Below, piece by piece: positions 48,515 to 58,963 of a DNA stretch of 64,000 nucleotides. Numbering within the stretch: the first letter of the stretch is position 1; every line of letters starts with the position of its first letter. The notes below the pieces were generated by a model. That model was not told the origin of the DNA. It saw nothing but the letters and a program-made list of their open reading frames with translations, and made no database searches. Source of the DNA: Chara braunii (lineage: Eukaryota; Plantae; Charophyceae); the NCBI GenBank assembly GCA_003427395.1, contig BFEA01000001.1, positions 9,616,480-9,680,479 on the forward strand. Reading direction: 5' to 3'. The position numbers and the translations under genes were made by a program.

Positions 48515-49723
48515 ATAAATCTGAGTTTATAATGCGCGTGAGTGAAAAGAAAAGGGAAAAAAAGAAAATGCTTTCTCTACTGCAATGATGTCGGGCAGGG
48601 TAGTCTAGGAGGCCGTGGTCACAGTCTTTCTCCACATAACGGACCTTACAGGTAGGGCGGTCACATTCTGAATGTTACTGTTTTCTTTTTTTTCTGTGTC
48701 GTGTGTTTCTCACGAGTCCCCTGCCAAAGAGGCAGGGTCTGCTCAAGCTGTGTTTCGTCAGAGGATTGTAACTCTCATCACACTGACACATAGGGGAATG
48801 CATCCAGCCATTTTCATGGCCGCATCCGTGTGCCCGTTTTTTTTTTTCCTTCTATTCTCTTTTTCGGATCTCTCAACCCGGCCAACGGGCTGAGATGCCC
48901 TCACTGAGGGCAAACTCACACTACCACTTCCAAGAATGTATACAACTGCAATCAGGGCCAAAGCTTTTTTTTTTTCCTGAGTTTCACGACCGCAACTTTT
49001 GTTTTTTTTCTGAGTTTCACGACCATAAAAAAAAAAGAAAAAAAGAAAGAAAGAAAGAAAGAAAATGGCTGGAGCATGCGGGATGCTGCTTTCCTTGGGA
49101 AAAATGACTCTTGTGGAGAGTCTGTGATGGAGCTGAAGCCGTTGTTTGTTGGAAGACGCTTACATGGACTGCTGCGACTCTGGTCTTAGTCCCCCTTGCT
49201 GTTGTGAAAGCGTGGGCGACTTCGGCACGATAGGGTTGCTTCCAGTGAGGTTTTCAGCACTTCTGTATCTGCTGGCCCACCAGTACCTCTCCCTGCTTGA
49301 AGAATTCGACGCGGCCGTGAACGCACCCCGTCGTGCGGGGTACCCACCGACGTGCAACCGATAGTCCCCAAAAAACGCACCCCCCCCCAAAAAAAAAAAA
49401 AACGACAACGAAAATGAAAAGTAACAACCTAAAAGGAACAGGCGCGGCGGGGCGGGGGAAGGGGGGGAAGAACGCGCGCGNNNNNNNNNNNNNNNNNNNN
49501 NNNNNNNNNNNNNNNNNNNNNNNNNNNNNNNNNNNNNNNNNNNNNNNNNNNNNNNNNNNNNNNNNNNNNNNNNNNNNNNNNNNNNNNNNNNNNNNNNNNN
49601 NNNNNNNNNNNNNNNNNNNNNNNNNNNNNNNNNNNNNNNNNNNNNNNNNNNNNNNNNNNNNNNNNNNNNNNNNNNNNNNNNNNNNNNNNNNNNNNNNNNN
49701 NNNNNNNNNNNNNNNNNNNNNNN

Positions 49724-49795
<72 letters not shown>

Positions 49796-50018
49796 CGTCA
49801 GCTAGTGTCAGACAATGGCTTTGGTGGGCGTCAGCTAGTGTCAGACAATGGCTGACGCCCTCTCTCTCTCTCTCTCACGAGAATGAATCTTCCTCTTTAT
49901 CGAGGACGATTCATTCTCGTTGGAAAGCTCGGATTTCGTTTTGTTTTGTTTTGTTTTTTTGCAAAATGTTGTATGTTTTTTTCGTTTTTTTTTTCTATTT
50001 TTTCTTTTTCCGTTGTGT

Positions 50019-50112
50019 CCTACCGGTTGTCAGAGGCTCGACAATAAAATCCGAGGCTCGGGAATGGCCGGGCTACCGGTAGCCTGAGCCACGAGCCTTA
50101 ACAACCGGTAGG
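50019..50112. repeat. ~90-bp inverted-repeat element (possible TA-flanked micro-MITE)
   Basis: cctaccggttgtcagaggctcg ... cgagccttaacaaccggtagg. Confidence 0.6.
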
Positions 50113-50209
50113 TACTGGTGGTTTAATGACTCTCTTTCTCCAGAGAATGCATCTGCTGGCAAACTTCTTCCTCTTCATACACAACGGTTGTCCCTAGCCC
50201 GACAAACAA

Positions 50210-51728
50210 TGCTCCAACATCTTCCAACAATATTATCATCAAATCAAAAGGAACAGTTGGAGGAGCCACTAACCACAGACGAGTTGTTGGAGGCCCTTAA
50301 AGGGATGGAGGACGAAAAAACCCCAGGTCTGGACTCATTCCTGAAGGACTTCTGAATTTAGTACTGGGACATCTTCCAAAAAAACATGCATAGATTTGTG
50401 CAGGCGGTACAGGAGGAAGGATCGTTTGGGGGCCTAATCAGTCAAGACGTTACCACAATGCTCTACGAAAAAAAGGGATAAAGCTGACATTAGGAACTAC
50501 CAACCAATCACACTCCTCCCCCTTCCCTATAAAATGGTTTCAAAGACACTGACAAACCGCCTGCTCCCACAGATGAACCACCTTATCTTCCAAGACCAAA
50601 CCGGATTCATGCCACAAAGAAACATTTAGGACAACGTGCTCCTAGTGAATGAAACCATTAAATATGTTCGTCAACATTGCAAGGAGGCTGCAATCTTGTT
50701 TATAGACTTTGAGAAAGCATATGACCACGTAGATTGAGACTTCCTGGACTGCTGCCTAGAGAAAATGAATTTCGGATTGGGCTTCAGGGCATGGGTCACC
50801 ATAATGCACAAATTTGTTGCCATGAACATCGTGGTCAACGGTCATTTGTCTCCTCCATTTGCGCTCCAGCGGTCGGTCCGCCAAGGGGAACCGGTGACCC
50901 CCCTCCTCTTTGTGTTGATAATGGAGGCATTGGCCGTAATGATAACGGTCAGCCCTGCGATAGGACGCATAGATATCCCAAAATTGCCCCCACATATGGT
51001 CCCGGTCACATCTCTATTTGCAGATGACCTTACAATCCTCATTAAGGCCTCAACTGCATCTCTCAAAGCGCTCACAGAAACCATCCAGACATTCGTAGTG
51101 GCGGCAAATGGGGCTTGAACGACACTTGGCCCACCACGACATAGTTGGGATGAAACGGCCTGAAACAATGTTCAGTGGGATCTAAAAAACGACCCGTTGT
51201 GGGTCAAAATGCTGCACCTATGGAGGCTGATGGGGCCAACCAAAAAGTCCCCTCCCCTCAGATAGCAAGAAATATGGAGATAATCGATATTTGGGAACCC
51301 CGAAGTGTGTAATGGAAATAGGAAGCCCTTCTCCCTAGCAGCTAACTCTCAATGGCTTACATGAGTAAGGAGTGGTATTTACACGGTGGACGACCTTTGG
51401 GATAGTTAGAGGGGTGACTGGAAAACAGCCGAATTACTGCGACCAATCTTGACACGTATTAAGCAAAGTCACGAGAAGTTGGACCGAATCCACAGGGCGA
51501 CCTCGCCCACGTGGGTAACCGCCCTGCAAAACGGCCCATCAACCCGTAGTATGGACTGGGTCATACACGGCATCAGGAACACCATACCAATGACTTTGTA
51601 GGTCAATGCACTGGTCAAGAGGCGCAATTGCAAGTTTACATACCAAACATGACCAAGGCACGGTGGGTGCTGCTGAAAAGGGATAGTGATCAGGACCGCA
51701 CACTCCCGGTTGAAGGATTGACTACTAG
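50210..51728 (+). pseudogene. Decayed LINE reverse-transcriptase fragment
   Basis: EKTPGLD, FIDFEKAYDHVD, QRSVRQGEP, SLFADD; stops, frameshifts and an internal deletion; cut by the LTR at 51729. Confidence 0.9.
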
Positions 51729-52049
51729 TGTAGCGGACCTCTGGTTGGTCTGTGAGACCACCCCCTTGGCCTGTTCTCACAGGCCTGTGTTGTATTCGGG
51801 GTAGTCCAGTCCAAGCCAGTACCTCTGTCGGTACCAGCCAGTCCAGTCCAGTCCAATCAGTCCGCTGGGGTATACCCTAGCCAGAGTCTGTACTTGGATT
51901 CATTCTGCAGTCGCACAGTTTGGAGTACGTGCATTGAAGTCTGCATGGAAGCTGCGCTGTGCAATCTTGCTCCACCCTCATCCTTCCTTTCCATCTCTAT
52001 CCCAGGCGGAGCACCTCACCCGGTGGGTCCGCCACACTGGTATCAGAGC
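51729..52049 (+). mobile_element. 308-bp LTR plus tRNA-iMet PBS
   Basis: Termini TGTAGCGGACC...GGTCCGCCACA (51729-52036); TGGTATCAGAGC at 52038-52049. Confidence 0.85.
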
Positions 52050-52094
52050 GGGAACATTCCCCGCTCCCCCCCGCCACACCGCACAGTGGGGAAA

Positions 52095-52345
52095 CTGTGT
52101 AAAACCCGATAGCGGGTTTTTTTGGTGTTTTTTGCTACTTTCAGCGGAAAACAGCAGGAAAAAGTGACGAAACATGCAGCCGTGAAGAAGTGACATGTGG
52201 CGAGAAAAGAGAGACAGTGTTCTGTGTAAAACCCGAGTAGCCGTTTTTTTTGGGTGTTTTTTGCTGTTTTCAGCGGAAAACAGCGGCAAAAAGTGACGAA
52301 ACGTGCAGCAGCGAAGAAGTGACACGTGGCGAGAAAAGAGAGACG
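52095..52345 (+). repeat. ~125-bp tandem duplication downstream of the PBS
   Basis: tgtgtaaaacccga...tttcagcggaaaacagc...gtggcgagaaaagagagac occurs twice. Confidence 0.85.
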
Positions 52346-53385
52346 TGCAAGCACCAAGGCCAAGGCCGCCGCACATGCACACGCCACGTGCCCACGCTGC
52401 CCCGCCCCCCCCCCCCCCCCCCCCCCCCCCGCCCCGCCCCGCCCCGCCCCGTCCCGCTCCCGAATCACTTATATCAATATCCGGGATGCATGTTGCTGCC
52501 AAGGTTTGAATCTGGGCAGCTGTTCGCTATGCACGTGCGGAGCTGCTACCATAACACACTGGCCGTAGTGTGTGTATGGCTTAGCAATGCGGCATGCTAG
52601 TGTTGAAGAAGTGCTCTGCCAACTATTTACCCCCCTCCTCCCCCCCCCCCCCCCCGCGGCGAGCGGCAAGAAGCGGCCAGCAGGGCAGTAACGGCCGGGC
52701 TGCTACACCCCCCCCCCCTCATGGCTGCTGCTACCTGCGCACGTGGCCATCTGCAGTGCCACGTGCCAGCTTACTGTGGACCTGAAGACCCCTCCCTTGC
52801 CTAGGGTGCTGGTGTACAGGCCAATCTGAGTGGTTGATCAAAATCTCAGCACACCCAGCTGTTGATGATGATGCTGACCATTATTTTTTGTACTGCTGCA
52901 CCAGCAGTTTGCCAACAGTGAAGACCCCCGTGGCTAGGGGGCTGCGAGTCAGGCAACCAGGGTGGGCCTGGGTGGCTGATCAAGATCTTAGCGAACCCTT
53001 GATTACTCCCAACATCATTTCTGCTGCAGCAGCAAGCTGCCAGCATCTTGAAGGCCAAGATCTAGTGGATCTTGGTGATCTTGTTGCTCTTGGCCAACCA
53101 AGAGCTTGGTATCATCACTCCCCACTAACCTACTCCCCCACCCCCCTCTCTCTTTCCTCCCCACTCACCATCTTCTTCTAATCTCTTCTACTCCTCTCCA
53201 CCTTTTCCATCCCTTTCTCTCTCATTCTCTCACCCTTGTCTCCCTCAACTACAACCTCATCATGCCCCCACCTTCCACTTCCACCTTTTTCTCTTTCTCA
53301 CCTTTTTCTCTCTTCCTTCTTCACTTTTTCATCCCCCTCTCCCCCCAACTTCAATTTTTTTTGCTTTTTTAATTTTTTCTCATAC

Positions 53386-53605
53386 TTGCAAGCGGACGTC
53401 GTCCGGGCGGTTCCGCACGTGCGACGGACCGTCGGACCAGACCCGCGCGGCGCACGAATGTGCGCCCGACAACCAGTTACCCCCCAACCCNCCCCCCCCC
53501 CCAAAAAAAAAGGCCCCGTCCGGTCCGGGGGGAGGGTGCCGCACGAGGCAAAGCGGACCAGACCGGACGCTCGTCCGGTCGCTCGTCCGGTCCGTCCGCT
53601 TGCAA
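53386..53605. mobile_element. Candidate MITE (13-bp TIR, no clear TSD)
   Basis: TTGCAAGCGGACG...CGTCCGCTTGCAA bounds a GC-rich island in T-rich DNA. Confidence 0.5.
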
Positions 53606-54227
53606 TTATTTTTCTTCGTTTTGTCTTTCTTTTTGATTTAAATTTCCTATTTCTTCAAAAATTTGAATTTTTTTCTTCTTTCTACTTCCTTTTTCATTTT
53701 CTGATTTATTTTATTTTATTTTTATTTATTCTAAAATTTTGATTTTTTTTTTTCCTGTGGCATCTCTAGATCTGGTAGGACTTAGTTATTTCAGCTCTCG
53801 GCGCACATTTTGACCCCATGGGGGTAATGAAGTGCTGCCGATTTTTTTTCCTTTTCTCCCTACTCTCTCCCCTCTTACTTAGTCATATCTTTGCTGACAC
53901 ACTTCGAAATGCTGCCGAATTTTTTGAAAAGTTCAACACTTAGCCTCTATTCACTCTCCACCACCTCATTTATTATTTATTTATTTATTTATTTGAAATT
54001 TATAGTTTGCGGCATTTTGAAACTTAGTGTGCTTATCTTGGTCGCTCCTTCCTCTTGGCACATTCTTGACCCCATGGGGGGTAAGAACATGCTGCCGAAA
54101 ATTCAAAAAAAATGAATATTATTTCTCTCTTCACATTTTGTTTACTTATTTCTTTAATTATTTTCTACATAGCATCGCGCTCGGGATCAGTGATCGAGCC
54201 CGAAAGTGTCCGAAAATCGACCAAGCA

Positions 54228-54512
54228 CTAGGCTACCAGAGTGGCCCGGGGTCACTTGCCCGGCCGGGCCAAAAAAAATAAGAAACATTAAAATAAAAAA
54301 TATAATTTTTAAATTATTTTTTATTTTAAATTTGGTGAAGAATTTCGATCTGACCTTGAGGCAAAAGTTGTTCAGCTTATTTTTATGCATCACATAGTTG
54401 TTTTTTCCGATTTTTTGGAATTTTTTTATTTTTTATTTTTTTTGCTGGGACCTTCCTTGGTCCTTGCACGGGCTGGCCACCCGGGACCCGGGCGGCCCGG
54501 CTGGTAGCCTAG
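54228..54512. mobile_element. hAT-type MITE
   Basis: TIR CTAGGCTACCAG/CTGGTAGCCTAG; 8-bp TSD ACCAAGCA at 54220-54227 and 54513-54520. Confidence 0.9.
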
Positions 54513-54744
54513 ACCAAGCATGAATGCAGGAATCAACGAAATCATGAGAATGCAGAAATCCACGTCTCGCACGGGAACGCCGATCACAGGACCTGGTAGG
54601 TCGTCCGTTGTCCGCTCACTCGCACTCGCACCGCACCTGCACACACCAAGAGATGTTTTGGTGTGAGTGTCAAGTAATAAACCCCCTCTTAAATCCTCCT
54701 CGCCTCAGGGGTTACAGGCGAACTGAATTCCCAAGAGCCAACCT

Positions 54745-56050
54745 TCCCCGGCAACGACACTACTGTCGACCGGTAGAACTGTAGAAGGGTTCTACCAACA
54801 CGCCGATCGCACCCTATGTGTCGCTCCACGTCTGTCACCCGTGGGAGGGGCAATCGGGGCTCCTGTAACCTGCAAGAAAAATGGTTAGTCCAAAAACCAC
54901 TCGATGAGCACTGGAGTTGACTGCTGACGCAAAAACAAGGCACGCACAGACCAGTGTTTGGAAGGAACAAAATGTGTATTTCCATTTAATCCAAAATGAT
55001 AGGGTTCAACTCGCTACTCCTGACCCCAGAGACAGATCTTATGTCCAAGTCAGGGAAATCGGTCTCAGTCCCAACCGATCTCACCATCAACCTAGGGCAA
55101 ATCCTCCGCCCGATAGTGTGTCACCTATAGCGAGTCCGCTGATCCCATGGAACTGCGCTGGAGCTCTCCGTATCAGAGCTAGACTCTCGGGCCCACTGGG
55201 GCCACAACTCCAGATCGAGTTTCACCATAAGCCCCGTTCGCATGAGAGTCTTTCTTGAATAAGGTCTCTGGCGTTTTCCCACCTGGTCTCAAATGTCTCG
55301 TCCAGAATCAAGGAAAGCACCGGTCCGATCTCACAATTCCCTGTTCGACTGTCGAGTCCCGCAGCCGGGCCCCAAACACTTCCCTTGGCCTCAAAGGTCC
55401 TTGGTGGGCTCGAATGTCCCGTCCGACCCAAAGTTCCGGCCTGTGTCCTGAGTCCCGACTGGTCTCCAAAATCCCGACAGATGTCGTAGGCCCAGTGTCG
55501 TCCAGGTCCCGGCCTGGTTCTGGAAATCCCAGCCTGTTCTCAAATGCCCCTTTGGATCCGAAAGTCCTCGCTTGAGTTCAGAGTTCCGGCCCCATCCAAG
55601 GCCTATGCCTCGTCTGGTCTGAGTCGCTTGGCCCCGTCAAATTCCAGGATCACATCCGTAATTCCCGGTTAGACTGTCGAGTCCCGCAGCCAGGCCCCAA
55701 ACACTCCCCCTGGCCCCAAAGGTCCTTGATGGGCTCGAAGGTCCCGTCCGACCCAAAGTCCTGGTCTGTGTCCCGAGTCCCGACTGGTCCCCAAAATCCC
55801 GACAGACGTCGTAGGCCTGGTGTCGTGTCCCGGCCTGGTTCCGAAAATCCCAGCCTGTTCTCAAATGCCCCTTTGGATCTGAAAGTCCTCGCCTGAGTTC
55901 GGAGTTCCAGTTCCATCCAAAGCCTAAAGGTCCATGGTGGTCTCGAAGGTCCCGTCCGACCCAAAGTCGCGGTCTGTGTCCAAAGGCCCTGCTCGTCTCC
56001 GAAAGCCCTGTCTGCGTCGTCGAAGGGCACGCTTGCATGTGCGCTCGAGT
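54745..56050 (-). mobile_element. Athila-like LTR remnant with degenerate tRNA-Asp PBS (far boundary uncertain)
   Basis: Minus strand reads ...GGTCGACA G TAGTGTCGTTGCCGGGGA; ~330-bp internal tandem duplication at 55330-55980. Confidence 0.65.
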
Positions 56051-56515
56051 TCCCGGCAACGTGCGAGCTCAAGCACTGCTTGTTGATGTCACCTTGGTTG
56101 CGCGATGCTTACACATTGTCGAGCGTCCGTGCCCACAGCCTTCCCTGTCTGTGTCACAACTGCGCACCCGTCCGAGCAAGGTTTTCCCAGCTGTGCGCGG
56201 CTTATCGCTGTTGCGCGCCCGTGCGCGCGACCATCTGACCGTGCGCAGGGTTACCTGCGGTTGCGCGCCCATGCACGTGGGCTGTGCATAGCTTATCGTG
56301 GGGTTACCCGCGGCTGTGCCCCGACCCTGACTACGTGCGGTTGCACACTGACGCGGGCGACTGCCGCGCGCTCCGATCCGATTGCGCTCCTTACTTCTTG
56401 CCTGTTCCACTTGACTCGGATTTTCACTATTCATTTGCATGATGCTTCTTTTTTTTGCCATCCAATAAGATCTTGGATCTGTTATACGCTCTGATCTGGT
56501 AGTTGACGTGTCAAA

Positions 56516-58379
56516 ATGGATCCACACAGAGATCAGTTGTGTGATATGATTCGGCATTGTTTCCTTTCTGGAGAAGAAGATGACGATGTAGCGGGGAGAT
56601 ATCTTGCTGCCTCACGGGAGGAAGGCTCTGACACGGTCATTATCGATCTTAACCCAATGGCCTCAGATGCTACAGTTGAGTATCTGAGACTCCATGCAGT
56701 TTTAGCTCTATTTCAGGGCCTCAAAAACAACGTGCCTTTTGCACACAAAGAATCATGGATCCGCTCGGTGGAAGTTGGATGGGATGCTACCATGGAAAGT
56801 GGACACAGGGGTAGAGTTAAGCCCGAAGGAGCTAATATGGTTTCCTATCTAGCGGTTAATCATGCCCTCAGAAATTGGTCGGTAGATACAGTGCAAAAAG
56901 AGGAACAGGTGACTGCTGGGGGAAAAATTTGTAGAGTGTTATACAAATCTTGCGCTACCCCTGCTGAACAAGCGAAAGTCAGAGAGGACGCTCAGGCTTC
57001 AGTATATTGGATTATGGTTCTCAGAGTGTCACTCATTGCAATGCCCTTTTTGAAAGCATCGGTTACTAAAGCGTTTGGGGAGGTCCTCAAAGCTTATCCT
57101 CCGGAGCAGAACAAACTGGAACCTCAGCCGGTCAATCGAAGATATGATCTTCACCCTCGGGCTAAACCTCGGATCAGTAAATATCTCAAAGTTCAATCAC
57201 ACCATGACTGGCATAAAGTTGAAGTTGTGACCCAAGACATTCCCTGGTCAACACTCAGAGCAGATGATCTTTCATCTCCCGAAGACAGCGTTCACCCTTT
57301 TGAGGTCAACACATATCTCAGTCAATCTCTACCACAGCCTGCTCAGTGGCAGGTCTTTTTCTGGTTCCCTTCTATCTCTGCCAACGACCTGCTCAGTCAA
57401 TCCCCTGGAGTCCAGGGTTATCAATGCTGGCAGGGACCCTCGAATTTTTTCTGAGTTCAGTTTGTATACGGGACGCTGGACCCGCTTTCCAGCAGGTGAC
57501 GCTCCCCACCAATAGATGGAGCCTCTCCCCAACTGGTAGTGGTGTCTGCTCTTATCAGCATCACTACCATCGGCGGGGGTGTTTTTTGTCAAAAAAAAAA
57601 AAAAACAAAAAAAAAAAAAACATTCCCTGGTGCATAGAGTGCAGATGGTATGGTCACAAATCGGGTGACTCTCAGTGCCCAAAAAAGTCTGTACAGACCT
57701 CGACAGGCCAGACATCTGGTATGGGTCCTTCTTCTGGACCCCCCCCCCACCTGTGACTGGACAGGACACATTATCAGGAATAGCTCCTTCCGGACTTGGG
57801 AGAGGTTCGACCAGTGGAGGCCCAGCTTCTGGTTCTCCCTTGGCTGCATTTGGTATGGGTGGGCCCTCATTACCAGCCGCAGTTGTTTTGGATTCAGAAA
57901 AATATGTTGGTCAGTCCCCTGTTGCATCAACAGTTGGTGCTACTCTAAACCCGCCTCCATCGAATATGCCCTTGGGAGAACAAAACGTGCCGAACCTGCA
58001 GACTGAGTCTATACCAGTGATTGATAATGAGACTGCAAAACACACCGATGATGCTACTCGTTTGGCTCCTGAGTCCCCTCTCTCATATGGAGGGCCAGAA
58101 GAGTTCATGTACCCTCAAAAAGCCCCTTTGCCAGTGCAGAGAACAAAGATACTTGCTGGCGGACCCAAAACACAGGCCCAAAAACCATATGCAAGACCTG
58201 ATCATGGTGGTAGTGCTGATACTCTGAAGAATGACAGTGATAAACATGTGTCATGGGCTGATATGGCAGAACACGAACGGTTGAGACCGTCTGAACAAGG
58301 TGAGATACAGATTGATGCAGAGAGTATTGCTCGCCAACAAGGTGATATAAATCCTGCTATGCCAGCCTCAATCCTTTGA
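56516..58379 (+). pseudogene. LINE ORF1 of a second family, interrupted by a retroposed insert
   Basis: YWIMVLRVS; removing 57249-57631 rejoins QDIPW|CIECRWYGHKSGDSQC (CX2CX4HX6C); frameshift in a C-run. Confidence 0.85.
57249..57619 (+). mobile_element. 5'-truncated LINE 3' end (or LINE-tailed SINE)
   Basis: TSD ACATTCCCTGGT at 57237-57248 and 57620-57631; RNA motif at 57470-57522; hairpin; poly(A). Confidence 0.9.
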
Positions 58380-58388
58380 GCATGTACT

Positions 58389-58963
58389 AAGAGGATGACC
58401 AGCCCTAAGTTAAAGTCTGGTATCGAACACAGGACCTTATGTGAATCGTGCAAGTGACCTAATCTATTGACCTACACGGTGAAATAGTCTGTAGCTGTGC
58501 TCTACTGGGCTCGAGTAAACCGGACTATGCAAGCCATCCAGCAGTCTCATGACAGCCCTGTAGACCAAGAACATCAGCACTGGTTGGAAATGCGCATTGT
58601 GGTATGAGCTTGTGGGTTCAAAACTCCACAGCCTTGCAGGGCGTTAGAATGATGCACAGCTGGACACACACACCCTTGGGATGATGCAGGTAAGTTATTA
58701 CAGACACTGCCTGCACACCAACCAATGGATAGTCCATGGTTGTTGTATGTGGGGACTGGGCGATGGTGGGTATCCTGATGTTCTTGGTCTACGGGGTTGT
58801 CATGAGACTGTGGGGTGGCTTGCATAGTCCGGTTTACTCGAGCCCAGCAGAGCACAGCTCCAGACTATTTCACAGTGTAGGTCAATAGGTTAGGTCACTT
58901 GCACGATTCACATAAGGTCCTGTGTTCTATACCAGACCTTAACTTAGGGCTGGTCATCCTCTT
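58389..58963. repeat. Inverted repeat, 189-bp arms, 197-bp spacer
   Basis: 58389-58577 versus 58775-58963, about a dozen differences. Confidence 0.95.

Noticed and set aside
48600-49410. Possible host exons on the minus strand (GTAAG donor near 49163)
   Set aside because: No recognisable protein similarity or consistent frame
56516-57454. Intact 312-aa gene
   Set aside because: The last ~68 codons read through a TSD-flanked insertion; the real frame resumes after 57631
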